Of a DNA stretch of 61,670 nucleotides, positions 11,269 to 21,654 are shown piece after piece (position 1 is the first letter of the stretch; the number at the start of each line of letters is the position of its first letter). The DNA is from Clostridia bacterium DTU084 (lineage in GTDB: Bacteria; Bacillota; DTU084): the NCBI GenBank assembly GCA_001512905.1, contig LFTB01000140.1, positions 1-61,670 of the forward strand, read 5' to 3'. Under the pieces are notes generated by a model. That model ran no database searches and had not been told where the DNA came from. It saw nothing but the letters and a program-made list of their open reading frames with translations. Position numbers and translations under genes: made by a program.

Positions 11269-11583
11269 TTAATCAATACTCCGCTGGCACCGCTTGCAGA
11301 CTCGCACTGCTTCGCCGCTGTCCCGGGAAATGTTGGTTCTTGTGGGCAGGTTGCATCCCGGACAGACCACCATAACGTTCGAGGCAGCAAGGGGTGCCGG
11401 CTTTTCCACAATTCTGCCCTGGGGATTGGCCTGGGAAGGTCTGGTGTGGCGTTTGATGATATTCAGTCCCTCAACGATCACCCTGCCTTCTTTCGGCAAA
11501 ACCCTGAGGACTTTCCCTTGTTTCCCCTTATCTTTGCCAGCTAAAATCTTGACTGTGTCGCCTTTCTTCACTCTCAGCTTCAA
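11269..11583 (-). CDS. rplX: 50S ribosomal protein uL24 (carries a CxxC...CxxC pair)
   Basis: The KOW segment VKKGDTVKILAGKDKGKQGKV is present. The C-terminal half contains CPGC and CKRC. Confidence 0.96.
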   Translation of the reverse strand: MKLRVKKGDTVKILAGKDKGKQGKVLRVLPKEGRVIVEGLNIIKRHTRPSQANPQGRIVEKPAPLAASNVMVVCPGCNLPTRTNISRDSGEAVRVCKRCQRSID

Positions 11584-11604
11584 CCATGATCCCCCCTTTG
11601 CTCC

Positions 11605-11973
11605 CTAGAGTACCTCCGGTGCCAGAGAGATAATTCTCATGAAATTCCGATCCCGCAGTTCTCGGGCGACAGGCCCAAAAATACGGGTTCCCCGGGGGTT
11701 GCCCTGTTCGTTAATAATCACTGCAGCGTTCTCATCGAATCTGATATGTGAACCGTCCTCGCGGCGGATGGACTTGACTGTGCGCACCACAACTGCTCTC
11801 ACAATATCGCCCTTTTTAACCTGGCCGCCAGGGATAGCTTCTTTCACTGAAGCAACGATCACATCGCCAACGCGAGCGTATTTCCGACCAGAACCACCCA
11901 AAACTCTAATGCACAAGATCTCGCGCGCACCAGAATTATCCGCCACACGCAGTCTGCTCTCTTGTTGGATCAT
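11605..11973 (-). CDS. rplN: 50S ribosomal protein uL14
   Basis: [27 protein letters not shown]. Confidence 0.97.
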   Translation of the reverse strand: MIQQESRLRVADNSGAREILCIRVLGGSGRKYARVGDVIVASVKEAIPGGQVKKGDIVRAVVVRTVKSIRREDGSHIRFDENAAVIINEQGNPRGTRIFGPVARELRDRNFMRIISLAPEVL

Positions 11974-12002
11974 TCATCGCCCCCCCTTTCAACAGCCAAA
12001 GC

Positions 12003-12245
12003 TTACTTCGCTCTTTCGACGATCTCGGTAACGATCCAGCGTTTTTCCTTGCTTAGCGGTCTCGATTCTTCGATCCGGACGCGGTCACCGATCCTGCACG
12101 CGTTCTCAGCATCGTGTGCTTTAACGCGACTTGAGCGACGAACTATCCGCGGATACTTCGGGTGCTTCAGGCGGCGTTCGAGGAGAACTACCACAGTCTT
12201 ATCCATTTTGTCGCTGACTACTATACCTACCCGCGCTTTCTTCAT
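12003..12245 (-). CDS. rpsQ: 30S ribosomal protein uS17
   Basis: [25 protein letters not shown]. Confidence 0.96.
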   Translation of the reverse strand: MKKARVGIVVSDKMDKTVVVLLERRLKHPKYPRIVRRSSRVKAHDAENACRIGDRVRIEESRPLSKEKRWIVTEIVERAK

Positions 12246-12259
12246 TCTCGCCCCTCCCT

Positions 12260-12469
12260 TCAGGTCCGTACAATCCCAAGTTCCCGCTCCCGGAGCACGG
12301 TCTTCACCCGGGCGATGGACTTACGCACCTGGCGGATCCTCATGTTGTTTTCCAGGTTGCCGGTGACAGCTTGGAACCGGAGGTTGAAAAGTTCCTCTTT
12401 CAAATCTTTCAGCTTCGCTTGCAATTCAGCTTCAGTGAACTCACGCAATTCTTTAGCCTTCACTGACAT
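12260..12469 (-). CDS. rpmC: 50S ribosomal protein uL29
   Basis: [34 protein letters not shown] trimmed the start to the ATG at 12469. Confidence 0.95.
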   Translation of the reverse strand: MSVKAKELREFTEAELQAKLKDLKEELFNLRFQAVTGNLENNMRIRQVRKSIARVKTVLRERELGIVRT

Positions 12470-12887
12470 CACCACCCACCACAGTTCTCTCAACGATTCG
12501 GCATTTGATGGGGAGTTTAGAAGCAGCCAGCGTCAAGGCTTCTTTTGCCAGTTGGCCGTCGACGCCTGCCATTTCGAACATGATCCGGCCCGGCTTGACA
12601 ACAGCCACCCAGTATTCAGGTGAGCCCTTACCGCTGCCCATCCTGGTTTCGGCCGGTTTTGCTGTCACTGGTTTATCTGGAAAGATCTTGATCCAGATCT
12701 TGCCTCCGCGGCGGACGTGTCTTGTCAAAGCCACACGCGCAGCCTCGATCTGCTGGTTTGTGATCCAGCCTGGTTCTTGAGCCTGAAGGCCATAATCACC
12801 AAAGGTGAGCTTGTTGCCGCGGGAGGCAGTACCTTTCATTCTTCCCCGCTGAACCTTACGGTACTTTACACGTTTGGGTATCAGCAT
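12453..12887 (-). CDS. rplP: 50S ribosomal protein uL16
   Basis: [19 protein letters not shown]. Confidence 0.97.
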   Translation of the reverse strand: MLIPKRVKYRKVQRGRMKGTASRGNKLTFGDYGLQAQEPGWITNQQIEAARVALTRHVRRGGKIWIKIFPDKPVTAKPAETRMGSGKGSPEYWVAVVKPGRIMFEMAGVDGQLAKEALTLAASKLPIKCRIVERTVVGGDVSEG

Positions 12888-12889
12888 TC

Positions 12890-13561
12890 CTACTCGCCTC
12901 CTTCCACCTTTTTGGCGCTAGCTGCTGCGCGCTCAGGCAGAACCTCACCTTTGTAGATCCAAACCTTGACCCCGATCTTGCCGTAGGTGGTTGCTGCCTC
13001 GGAAAAGCCGTAGTCGATGTTGGCTCTGAGGGTGTGCAGAGGCACTTTCCCCTCGCTTGCCCACTCTGTCCGGGCAATTTCCGCTCCTCCCAATCTGCCT
13101 GAAACCGTTACCTTGATTCCCTGAGCGCCAAGGCGCATAGCTCTGGAAATAGCCTGCTTCATCGCACGGCGGAAGGAAATACGTCTTTCCAGCTGAAAGG
13201 CGATATTCTCTGCCACCAATTGGGCTGAGGTTTCAGGAGTGCGGACCTCTTTAATATTCAAATGGATCTTCTTGCCAAATTTATCTTCAAGCTCCTTGCG
13301 GAGGCTGTCTACTTCGCTGCCGCCCTTGCCAATGACCATCCCAGGTTTTGCCGTGTGAATGGTGACATTGACTTGGTTTGCCTTGCGCTCGATTTCAACC
13401 TGGGCGATGCCTGTGTTGAAAAGGCGCTTTTTGATATACTTGCGGAGCTCTACGTCCTCAAGGAGCTGTTCCGCATAAGTGCCGCGCTCTGCATACCAGT
13501 GGCTGTCCCAGCCGCGGATAATGCCAAGGCGCAAACCATGCGGGTGCACCTTTTGACCCAA
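12890..13561 (-). CDS. rpsC: 30S ribosomal protein uS3
   Basis: [20 protein letters not shown]. Confidence 0.97.
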   Translation of the reverse strand: MGQKVHPHGLRLGIIRGWDSHWYAERGTYAEQLLEDVELRKYIKKRLFNTGIAQVEIERKANQVNVTIHTAKPGMVIGKGGSEVDSLRKELEDKFGKKIHLNIKEVRTPETSAQLVAENIAFQLERRISFRRAMKQAISRAMRLGAQGIKVTVSGRLGGAEIARTEWASEGKVPLHTLRANIDYGFSEAATTYGKIGVKVWIYKGEVLPERAAASAKKVEGGE

Positions 13562-13564
13562 GCC

Positions 13565-13903
13565 TTATCCCTCCCTCTCCTTCAGCACTACCGTAATATG
13601 ACTTAAACGCTTGTCGATTCTGTCAGCCCTGCCGTGTGCCCGGGGCCTGAACCTCTTGAGGATGGGCCCTTCGTCCACATAGGCTGCTGAGATATAAAGT
13701 GAATCAGTGTCCATCTGATGATTCTGCTCTGCATTGGCCACTGCGGATCGCAAGAGTTTATATACCGGCTTTGCAGCACGATTGGGGACGAACTGCAGAA
13801 TTGCCTCTGCCTCCCCAACGTCCTTGCCGCGAATCAAATCTATTACCTGCCTTACCTTGCGGGGCGCGATCCGGATATGGCGTGCAACGGCTTTTGCCTC
13901 CAT
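13565..13903 (-). CDS. rplV: 50S ribosomal protein uL22
   Basis: [21 protein letters not shown]. Confidence 0.97.
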   Translation of the reverse strand: MEAKAVARHIRIAPRKVRQVIDLIRGKDVGEAEAILQFVPNRAAKPVYKLLRSAVANAEQNHQMDTDSLYISAAYVDEGPILKRFRPRAHGRADRIDKRLSHITVVLKEREG

Positions 13904-13917
13904 GGCAATATCCCCCT

Positions 13918-14202
13918 TTATCTTACTCCTGTTGAACGCTCTGACTTGTCAGCGTGCCCGCGAAAGGTTCTGGTGGGGGCAAACTCGCCGAGTTTATGTC
14001 CCACCATTTCTTCGGTCAGGTAGATGGGTACATGCTTCCGTCCGTCGTGAACAGCCACTGTATGGCCAACCATTTCAGGAAAAATCGTCGACCGACGTGA
14101 CCATGTCTTGATGACCCGTTTTTCGCCTTTTTCGTTCATCTCTCTGATTTTCTTGATTAGGTGCTCATCTACAAACGGGCCCTTCTTAAGCGATCTTCCC
14201 AT
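13918..14202 (-). CDS. rpsS: 30S ribosomal protein uS19
   Basis: [15 protein letters not shown]...[16 protein letters not shown]. Confidence 0.97.
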   Translation of the reverse strand: MGRSLKKGPFVDEHLIKKIREMNEKGEKRVIKTWSRRSTIFPEMVGHTVAVHDGRKHVPIYLTEEMVGHKLGEFAPTRTFRGHADKSERSTGVR

Positions 14203-14217
14203 ATTCCACCCTCCCCT

Positions 14218-15042
14218 CTAAGCCTTTCTCCTTCGGACAATCAAACGATCCGACGGCTTTTTCTTGCGCGTGCGATAGCCCAATGTAGGCTTGCCCCAGG
14301 GAGTGACAGGATCCCGACCAATTGGAGAGCGGCCTTCGCCACCGCCGTGGGGGTGATCTGCTGGGTTCATCACAACGCCGCGGACGTGGGGTCTTCTGCC
14401 TAACCAGCGGCTGCGCCCTGCTTTGCCACTAACGGTTGTTTCGTGTTCCACGTTCCCAACCTGGCCGATTGTGGCTCTGCACTCCAAGAGCACTAGCCTC
14501 ACCTCGCCGCTGGGCAAGCGGATGTGAGCGTATTTGCCTTCTTTGGCCATGAGCTGAGCGCTAGTGCCTGCAGAGCGGGCAAGTTGCCCTCCCTTGCCAG
14601 GCGTAAGCTCGATGTTGTGAATCACGGTACCAACAGGAATGTTGCGAAGCGGCAAGCTATTGCCGACCTTGATGTCTGCATCTGGCCCGTTTTCGATCGC
14701 ATCGCCCACAGAAAGGCCAACTGGTGCGATAATATAACGCTTCTCTCCATCGGCGTAGCTTAACAGCGCAATCCGGGCAGTACGGTTCGGATCGTATTCA
14801 ATGGAAACTACCTTAGCTGGTACGCCATCTTTATCCCTGCGAAAATCAATAAGACGATATTTACGTTTGTGACCGCCACCGCGGTGGCGGACAGTCATGC
14901 GACCATAAACATTACGACCGCCTTTTTTCTGCAGGGGCGCTACCAACGAGCGCTCTGGTTTGGCAGATGTGATCTCAGAAAAATCTGAGAGGATCATACC
15001 GCGCCTACCAGCAGTTGTTGGCTTGTAAGTTTTTACACCCAT
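14218..15042 (-). CDS. rplB: 50S ribosomal protein uL2
   Basis: [13 protein letters not shown]...[13 protein letters not shown]. Confidence 0.97.
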   Translation of the reverse strand: MGVKTYKPTTAGRRGMILSDFSEITSAKPERSLVAPLQKKGGRNVYGRMTVRHRGGGHKRKYRLIDFRRDKDGVPAKVVSIEYDPNRTARIALLSYADGEKRYIIAPVGLSVGDAIENGPDADIKVGNSLPLRNIPVGTVIHNIELTPGKGGQLARSAGTSAQLMAKEGKYAHIRLPSGEVRLVLLECRATIGQVGNVEHETTVSGKAGRSRWLGRRPHVRGVVMNPADHPHGGGEGRSPIGRDPVTPWGKPTLGYRTRKKKPSDRLIVRRRKA

Positions 15043-15056
15043 TTCGCCCCTCCTCT

Positions 15057-15341
15057 TCAGACGCCTTCAAAGAACTCGATTTTGTTGCCTGGAGCCAAAG
15101 TGACAACAGCTTTTTTCCAGCTGGGTGTGTATCCTTCGCTTCTGCCCATCCGCCTCTTTTTGCCTTTGTAGCGGAGGGTGTTGACTGCAATCACCTTTAC
15201 TCCGAAAATCTGTTCAACTGCTTGCTTGATTTGCCATTTGTTGGCCCTGGGATCTACAGCAAAAGTGTATTTGTCTTCACCTTGGAGGATGGTGCTCTTC
15301 TCTGTAACCAGGGGCCTTTTGATGATATCCCTAACATCCAT
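15057..15341 (-). CDS. rplW: 50S ribosomal protein uL23
   Basis: [10 protein letters not shown]...[17 protein letters not shown]. Confidence 0.96.
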   Translation of the reverse strand: MDVRDIIKRPLVTEKSTILQGEDKYTFAVDPRANKWQIKQAVEQIFGVKVIAVNTLRYKGKKRRMGRSEGYTPSWKKAVVTLAPGNKIEFFEGV

Positions 15342-15985
15342 CAGGCAAGCACCTCCTCGATGTTTTCCACTGCTTGCTGCGTGATCACCAGCTGACCGTG
15401 TTTCAACAAATCATAAACGTTGATCTTGTCGCTGGGAAGCGCTGCTGCGCCAGGTATATTGCGAATTGATTTTGCTGCGTTCTCGTTGTCTGCTTCCAGC
15501 ACAAGCAGCGGTTTATTGTTAGCTCCTAACTTCTCTAGAATCTGGATCATTCTCTTTGTTTTTGGCTCGGCAAAATTTAAGCTCTCCAGAACAAAGAGCT
15601 CTCCATCGTTCAATTTGGCAGAAAGGGCTGAGCGCAGTGCCAAGCGCCTGACCTTCTTGGGCACTTTGTATGAGTAATCTCTGGGCTGAGGCCCGAAGAC
15701 CACTCCGCCCCCCACCCACAGAGGCGAGCGGATGCTGCCGTGCCGAGCCCGGCCTGTGCCTTTTTGGCGCCAGGGCTTTCTGCCGCCGCCTGAAACCTGG
15801 CCCCGCTTTTTGGTGGCAGCTGTTCCCTGCCTGCGGTTTGCCAGCTGGTTGCGGACAGTCTCGTAAATAGCATGCCGGTGCAGAGGTGTCGCCCAAACTG
15901 CATCGGACAGCTCTATTTCGTGGGCCTGTTCCACTTCGATTTGGCCGTCTTGGTCTTGTACCCTGTAGACTGTAACCTTAGGCAT
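15341..15985 (-). CDS. rplD: 50S ribosomal protein uL4
   Basis: I trimmed the start to the ATG at 15985 (MPKVTVY), 8 nt after AGGAGG. The motif [16 protein letters not shown] is present. Confidence 0.96.
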   Translation of the reverse strand: MPKVTVYRVQDQDGQIEVEQAHEIELSDAVWATPLHRHAIYETVRNQLANRRQGTAATKKRGQVSGGGRKPWRQKGTGRARHGSIRSPLWVGGGVVFGPQPRDYSYKVPKKVRRLALRSALSAKLNDGELFVLESLNFAEPKTKRMIQILEKLGANNKPLLVLEADNENAAKSIRNIPGAAALPSDKINVYDLLKHGQLVITQQAVENIEEVLA

Positions 15986-16616
15986 TTTGGGCGCCTCCTT
16001 TCCTGACAGCTTTCTTGATATACAGCAGTGAACCGCGGACACCTGGCACAGAACCTTTAATCACCAGGAGGTTCTTTTCAGGATCAACTTTCACAACTTC
16101 CAGGTTCTGCACTGTAACCCGGGTGTTGCCGTAGTGGCCGGGCAGCTTTCTGCCCTTGAAAACACGGGCTGGCCCGGTTGCGCCTAAGGAACCTGGACCG
16201 CGGTGATATTTAGAACCGTGGCTCATGGGCCCACGGCCGAAATTCCATCTTTTAATGCCGCCTGCAAATCCCTTTCCCCGGGAAATGCCGGTTACATCAA
16301 CATACTCCTTTTCGCTGAAAATATCAACAGTTATCTCGCTTCCCACAGCCGCCTCTTCGTCAGCAGGAACTTCGCGCAGATAACGAAGCGGTTCAATTCC
16401 CGCTTTCTTGAAATGACCGGCCTTTGGCTTGTTGACTAGTTTAGGCCTAACAGCTCCGAAGCCAATCTGAAGCGCAGCATAGCCGTCGCGCTCTTCTGTC
16501 TTCACCTGGACAACTTTGCAAGGACCGGCCTCTATGACTGTCACTGGGATCGCTTTGCCTTCTGCATCGAAGATCTGTGTCATTCCTACTTTCCGGCCAA
16601 GGATTGCTTTTGCCAA
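15978..16616 (-). CDS. rplC: 50S ribosomal protein uL3
   Basis: [13 protein letters not shown] is present. The TTG at 16616 lies 6 nt after GGAGGTG. The GTG at 16625 is an alternative start. Confidence 0.95.
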   Translation of the reverse strand: MAKAILGRKVGMTQIFDAEGKAIPVTVIEAGPCKVVQVKTEERDGYAALQIGFGAVRPKLVNKPKAGHFKKAGIEPLRYLREVPADEEAAVGSEITVDIFSEKEYVDVTGISRGKGFAGGIKRWNFGRGPMSHGSKYHRGPGSLGATGPARVFKGRKLPGHYGNTRVTVQNLEVVKVDPEKNLLVIKGSVPGVRGSLLYIKKAVRKGGAQNA

Positions 16617-16646
16617 TTTGTTCACCTCCAGTCCCGCACTCCAACT

Positions 16647-16955
16647 CTATAGTTTGATCTCGATGTCCACTCCCGCCGGTAGGTCTAAGCGCATCAGCGC
16701 ATCTACAGTCTTCTGGCTTGGTGCGAGAATGTCTATCAAGCGCTTGTGAGTGCGCATCTCAAACTGCTCACGCGAATCCTTATTAATGTGAACGGAGCGC
16801 AGCACTGTATAAATATTCTTCTCCGTCGGCAGTGGGATAGGTCCTGAAACTCCGGCACCTGTCCGTCGGGCAGTGTCAACAATTTTGTCAGCCGACAGGT
16901 CGAGGAGCCTATGATCAAAGGCTTTCAGCCTGATTCTGATCTTTCCCGTGGCCAT
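16647..16955 (-). CDS. rpsJ: 30S ribosomal protein uS10
   Basis: [15 protein letters not shown]...PLPTEK. Confidence 0.97.
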   Translation of the reverse strand: MATGKIRIRLKAFDHRLLDLSADKIVDTARRTGAGVSGPIPLPTEKNIYTVLRSVHINKDSREQFEMRTHKRLIDILAPSQKTVDALMRLDLPAGVDIEIKL

Positions 16956-16983
16956 CTGTGTCCCCCCTTGCCCCTGAAACTGG

Positions 16984-17016
16984 GCTTCCCCGGGCCTGAC
17001 CTAGGCCAGGGGAAGC
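16984..17016 (-). terminator. Strong stem-loop between tuf and rpsJ (partial terminator or processing/stability element)
   Basis: Minus-strand GCTTCCCC-T-GGCCT-AGGTC-AGGCC-C-GGGGAAGC gives 8+5 bp. Only a weak T tract follows (CCAGTTTC). Confidence 0.45.
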
Positions 17017-17037
17017 TTCAGGCTAAGTTACCTTAAA

Positions 17038-18234
17038 TTATTCGAGAATCTTGCTGATCACGCCAGCGCCAACAGTGCGTCCGCCTTCACGGATGGTGAA
17101 GCGGAGTCCTTCCTCCAGCGCGATGGGGGTGATGAGCTCGATGGTCATTGTGATGTTGTCGCCAGGCATCACCATCTCTACGCCCTCAGGAAGAATAGCT
17201 GTACCTGTAACGTCAGTTGTCCGGAAGTAGAACTGTGGACGGTAGCCGTTGAAGAACGGTGTATGGCGGCCGCCCTCCTCTTTGGTCAGGATGTAAACTT
17301 CGCCCTCAAACTTGGTGTGGGGTGTGATGGAGCCTGGTTTGGCCAAGACCTGACCGCGCTCGATTTCATCCCTGTCGACGCCGCGGAGGAGTGCACCGAT
17401 GTTGTCGCCTGCTTGTGCTTCATCCATGGTCTTGCGGAACATCTCAACACCAGTAACAACAGTCTTTCTGATCTCGTCAGACAGACCAATGATCTCAACT
17501 TCGTCGCCAACCTTCACTGTACCGCGCTCCACACGGCCAGTAGCCACAGTACCGCGGCCAGTGATGGTGAAGACGTCCTCAACTGGCATCAAGAAAGGCT
17601 TGTCAACGTCGCGCTCAGGAGTGGGGATGTACTCGTCAACTTTATCCATGAGCTCGTAAATGGCTTTGCACCAATCGCATTCGCCGCAGCCGCACTCAAG
17701 AGCCTTGAGAGCTGAACCGGAAACGATTGGTACCTCGTCGCCAGGATACTCGTACTCTGTGAGGAGATCTCTTACTTCCATCTCCACGAGCTCCATGAGC
17801 TCTGGGTCGTCTACCATGTCAGCCTTGTTCAGGAAAACGATGAGCTTGGGCACACCGCTCTGACGGGCCAAAAGGATGTGCTCCCTTGTCTGGGGCATTG
17901 GGCCGTCAGCTGCGGAAACAACCAGGATGGCACCGTCCATCTGAGCTGCACCAGTGATCATGTTCTTCACGTAGTCAGCGTGGCCTGGGCAGTCTACGTG
18001 GGCGTAGTGCCTGTTCTCTGTCTCGTACTCAACGTGGGTTGTGTTGATGGTAATACCGCGTTCGCGCTCTTCAGGAGCGTTGTCGATCTCGTCGTACTTC
18101 TTTACCTCAGCTCCGCCCTTCTTTGCCAGGGCTAAGGTAATCGCTGCTGTGAGGGTGGTCTTACCGTGGTCAACGTGCCCGATGGTACCAATGTTAACGT
18201 GGGGTTTTGTTCTTTCGAACTTCTGTTTTGCCAT
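17038..18234 (-). CDS. tuf: Elongation factor Tu
   Basis: [18 protein letters not shown] and NKAD motifs. Length is 398 aa. Confidence 0.98.
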   Translation of the reverse strand: MAKQKFERTKPHVNIGTIGHVDHGKTTLTAAITLALAKKGGAEVKKYDEIDNAPEERERGITINTTHVEYETENRHYAHVDCPGHADYVKNMITGAAQMDGAILVVSAADGPMPQTREHILLARQSGVPKLIVFLNKADMVDDPELMELVEMEVRDLLTEYEYPGDEVPIVSGSALKALECGCGECDWCKAIYELMDKVDEYIPTPERDVDKPFLMPVEDVFTITGRGTVATGRVERGTVKVGDEVEIIGLSDEIRKTVVTGVEMFRKTMDEAQAGDNIGALLRGVDRDEIERGQVLAKPGSITPHTKFEGEVYILTKEEGGRHTPFFNGYRPQFYFRTTDVTGTAILPEGVEMVMPGDNITMTIELITPIALEEGLRFTIREGGRTVGAGVISKILE

Positions 18235-18258
18235 TTTTAACTTTCCTCCCTTAACAAT

Positions 18259-20328
18259 TTATCTTTGTTCAATAATCTTTTCGGCAATTGAATCCGGCAC
18301 CACTGCATAGTGATGCAGGCTCATAGTTGACACTGCTCTTCCCTGCGTCATGGAGCGCAGGTCTGTAGCGTAACCGAACATCTCAGCCAATGGTACTTCG
18401 CCGCGAATGATCTGAGTGTTGCCTCGGCTTTCCATTCCTAACACGCTGCCGCGCCTGGAGTTGATGTCGCCCATCACATCACCCATAAACTCCTCAGGAG
18501 TGACGACTTCAACGGCCATAATCGGTTCCAGTAAAACTGGTTTGGCACGTTTGGCGCCTTCTCTGAAGCCTATTGAGGCAGCAATGCGGAAGGCTTGCTC
18601 TGAAGAGTCCACTTCGTGATAGGAGCCATCGTAGATGGTCACTCTTACATCCACTACCGGGTAACCCGCAAGAACGCCATTTGCCATGGCATCGCGCACG
18701 CCGTTTTCAACGGCAGGAATATACTCTTTAGGCACTACGCCGCCAACGATTTTGTTGACAAACTCGAAGCCGCTTCCTGGTTCCAAAGGCTCCAGCTGCA
18801 GCCATACATGTCCATATTGACCGTGACCGCCGCTTTGCCTGATGAACTTTCCTTCAGCTTTCACAGTTTCCCGGATGGTTTCACGGTAAGCAACCTGAGG
18901 CTTGCCGACATTCGCTTCAACCTTAAACTCCCGCAGCAGCCTGTCTACAATCACTTCTAAGTGTAATTCGCCCATGCCCTGAATGATGGTCTGGCCAGTT
19001 TCCTCGTCTGAATAAACCCTGAAGGTTGGGTCCTCTTCAGCGAGCCTGCCCAGAGCCACTCCCAGTTTGTCCTGGTCTGCTTTTGTCTTGGGCTCGATGG
19101 CAATGGAGATCACAGGCTCTGGGAAATCCATGGTCTCCAGCATTACAGGATGCTTCTCGTCGCAGAGGGTATCGCCAGTTGCGGTGTTCTTCAGTCCAAC
19201 TGCAGCGACAATATCGCCGGCTCTTGCTTCTTCGAGCTCTTCCCTGTGGTTGGCGTGCATGCGCAGAATGCGGCCGATCCTCTCCCGTTTTCCTTTTACT
19301 GGATTGTAAACGTATGAACCTGCAGTGAGAATTCCCGAATAGACCCTGAAATAGGCCAGTTTGCCAACGTATGGGTCGCTCATGATCTTGAAAGCAAGGG
19401 CTGAGAACGGCTCATCGTCTGAACTTTCCCGGGTGATGGGTTCTCCTGTGTTCACATCTGTTCCCTCAACTGGTGGAATGTCTATTGGAGAGGGCAGATA
19501 ACTTACTACTGCATCCAAAAGGGGCTGCACCCCTTTATTTTTGAAAGATGTGCCGCACAAAACAGGCACTATCTGGCCTGCAATGGTGGCTTTTCGCAGC
19601 GCAGTCATGAGCTCCTGCACTGTAATCTCTTCACCTTCGAGGTATTTTTCCATAAGCCTCTCATCGGTGTCTGCCACAGCTTCCAAGAGTTTCTCCCGAT
19701 ACTCTTCAGCCAGTGGACGAAGTTCTTCAGGGATCTCAGTTTCTTGGCTTCTGGTGCCCAGGTCGTCTTCGTAGATCCTGGCATCCATCTTCACCAAATC
19801 AATCATGCCGACAAAACTATCTTCGGCGCCTATGGGCAGCTGAATTGGCACGGCATTGGCAGAAAGCCGATCCCGCATCATTTTCACTGCGTTAAAGAAA
19901 TCTGCGCCGGTTCTGTCCATTTTGTTTACATAAGCAATTCGTGGCACACCGTACTTGTCTGCCTGTCGCCAGACAGTTTCAGATTGAGGCTCAACTCCAC
20001 CTACTGCACAAAAAACCGCAACTGCACCATCAAGGATTCGCAGCGAACGCTCTACCTCAACGGTGAAGTCCACGTGGCCGGGCGTGTCAATAATGTTTAT
20101 ACGAACATCGCCCCACTGACACGTGGTAGCAGCGGAGGTAATGGTGATTCCCCGCTCCTGCTCCTGAACCATCCAGTCCATAGTAGCAGCACCATCATGG
20201 GTTTCGCCCAGCTTATGAACCCTTCCGGTATAGAAGAGTATGCGCTCTGTGGTGGTGGTCTTTCCAGCGTCGATGTGTGCCATGATACCGATGTTTCTTA
20301 TTTTTTCTAGAGGAAATTCCCTCGCCAC
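18259..20328 (-). CDS. fusA: Elongation factor G
   Basis: [27 protein letters not shown]. Confidence 0.98.
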   Translation of the reverse strand: MAREFPLEKIRNIGIMAHIDAGKTTTTERILFYTGRVHKLGETHDGAATMDWMVQEQERGITITSAATTCQWGDVRINIIDTPGHVDFTVEVERSLRILDGAVAVFCAVGGVEPQSETVWRQADKYGVPRIAYVNKMDRTGADFFNAVKMMRDRLSANAVPIQLPIGAEDSFVGMIDLVKMDARIYEDDLGTRSQETEIPEELRPLAEEYREKLLEAVADTDERLMEKYLEGEEITVQELMTALRKATIAGQIVPVLCGTSFKNKGVQPLLDAVVSYLPSPIDIPPVEGTDVNTGEPITRESSDDEPFSALAFKIMSDPYVGKLAYFRVYSGILTAGSYVYNPVKGKRERIGRILRMHANHREELEEARAGDIVAAVGLKNTATGDTLCDEKHPVMLETMDFPEPVISIAIEPKTKADQDKLGVALGRLAEEDPTFRVYSDEETGQTIIQGMGELHLEVIVDRLLREFKVEANVGKPQVAYRETIRETVKAEGKFIRQSGGHGQYGHVWLQLEPLEPGSGFEFVNKIVGGVVPKEYIPAVENGVRDAMANGVLAGYPVVDVRVTIYDGSYHEVDSSEQAFRIAASIGFREGAKRAKPVLLEPIMAVEVVTPEEFMGDVMGDINSRRGSVLGMESRGNTQIIRGEVPLAEMFGYATDLRSMTQGRAVSTMSLHHYAVVPDSIAEKIIEQR

Positions 20329-20374
20329 GTCATTAATCCTCCCTTCTTCATACCTTGCCAGGGCTCATAATCTC

Positions 20375-20845
20375 TTACCAACGGTAATGGGCGAAAGCAC
20401 GGTTGGCTTCGGCCATCCGATGAGTATCTTCACGTTTCTTAACAGCGGCTCCAGCTCCTGAGGCTGCATCCAAGATTTCAGCGGCCAGCCTCTCCCGCAT
20501 GGTGCGCTCAGATCTGTCCCGCGCTGCGTTAACTATCCAACGCAGAGCGAGGGCGGTTCTGCGCTCAGGACGCACTTCTACCGGTACTTGGTAGGTGGCA
20601 CCTCCTACCCGACGCGCTCGGACCTCCAAAAGGGGCATGGCGTTTTTCACTGCCTCTTCAAGGACCTCCAGAGCATTTCTGCCGGTTTTTGCCTGCACAT
20701 CTTCTAAAGCACCGTAGAAAATTGTCTCTGCCAGTGCTTTCTTGCCGGATAACATGATCTTGTTAATGAAGCGGGTTACCAGCTCGCTGTTGTAGAGCGG
20801 ATCCGGTAAAATCTCTCGGGTAGGTACATTACCCCGTCGCGGCAT
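20375..20845 (-). CDS. rpsG: 30S ribosomal protein uS7
   Basis: [20 protein letters not shown]. Confidence 0.97.
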   Translation of the reverse strand: MPRRGNVPTREILPDPLYNSELVTRFINKIMLSGKKALAETIFYGALEDVQAKTGRNALEVLEEAVKNAMPLLEVRARRVGGATYQVPVEVRPERRTALALRWIVNAARDRSERTMRERLAAEILDAASGAGAAVKKREDTHRMAEANRAFAHYRW

Positions 20846-20874
20846 CCATATCCCCCCTTTCCTTGGGCATTCCT

Positions 20875-21288
20875 TTATTTGGGCCTCTTGGCCCCATACT
20901 TGGAACGTGCTTGCCTTCTGTTCTGCACCCCTGCAGTATCCAAGGTTCCGCGGATAATGTGGTAGCGGACACCAGGCAGGTCTTTAACCCTACCGCCGCG
21001 GATGAGAACAGCAGAGTGTTCTTGAAGGTTATGCCCTTCGCCAGGGATATAAGCCGTCACTTCCATTCTGTTTGTCAGGCGCACCCTGGCTACCTTTCTC
21101 AGCGCAGAGTTAGGCTTTTTGGGGGTCACAGTTGACACCCTAGTGCATACTCCCCGCTTTTGCGGCGAGCCGCCTGTATTAACAGCTTCTTCGCGTAAAG
21201 TATTGTAATTCCACGCAAGTGCAGGCGCACTGCTCTTTTTCGCAGCACTTTTTCTGCCTTTGCGCACCAGCTGATTAATTGTCGGCAC
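20875..21288 (-). CDS. rpsL: 30S ribosomal protein uS12
   Basis: The GTG at 21288 gives (M)[12 protein letters not shown] and is preceded by GGGGGTG. The track ORF is over-extended to 21390. Confidence 0.95.
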   Translation of the reverse strand: MPTINQLVRKGRKSAAKKSSAPALAWNYNTLREEAVNTGGSPQKRGVCTRVSTVTPKKPNSALRKVARVRLTNRMEVTAYIPGEGHNLQEHSAVLIRGGRVKDLPGVRYHIIRGTLDTAGVQNRRQARSKYGAKRPK

Positions 21289-21313
21289 TTTCCAGTCCAC
21301 CCCCTTTCCCTGG

Positions 21314-21562
21314 CTACTCAACGAGAGCGGCAACTGCGGCGCCGATCTCAATACCACAGCTTTTGCCCAGTTGCCGCATCGTTTCAACATCTTTGAGGGT
21401 TATTCCCTTTTGTAAGCAAAGGTTTCGGATCTCGTCGGTTACATCCTTCTCAGCGTCCCTGGCAATATAGACTACCTTTGCACTGCCTGCTAGAATTGCC
21501 TTCAGAGTCTGCTTTTTGCCCACAATACGCCTCCGCTTATCAAGCAGGGCTTCATCGGACAT
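21314..21562 (-). CDS. L7Ae-family ribosome-associated protein (YbxF-like)
   Basis: 82 aa. The segment [23 protein letters not shown]...[13 protein letters not shown] is L7Ae-like. The gene sits in the conserved Firmicute slot between rpoC and rpsL. Confidence 0.85.
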   Translation of the reverse strand: MSDEALLDKRRRIVGKKQTLKAILAGSAKVVYIARDAEKDVTDEIRNLCLQKGITLKDVETMRQLGKSCGIEIGAAVAALVE

Positions 21563-21654
21563 TTTTTTCGTCGCTCCCTTCAGGTATAAGCAAGCACCCT
21601 ACAAACACTTGTCTATTTTAGCACCCAAAAACGGCTGTGTCAATAACCTGCAGA

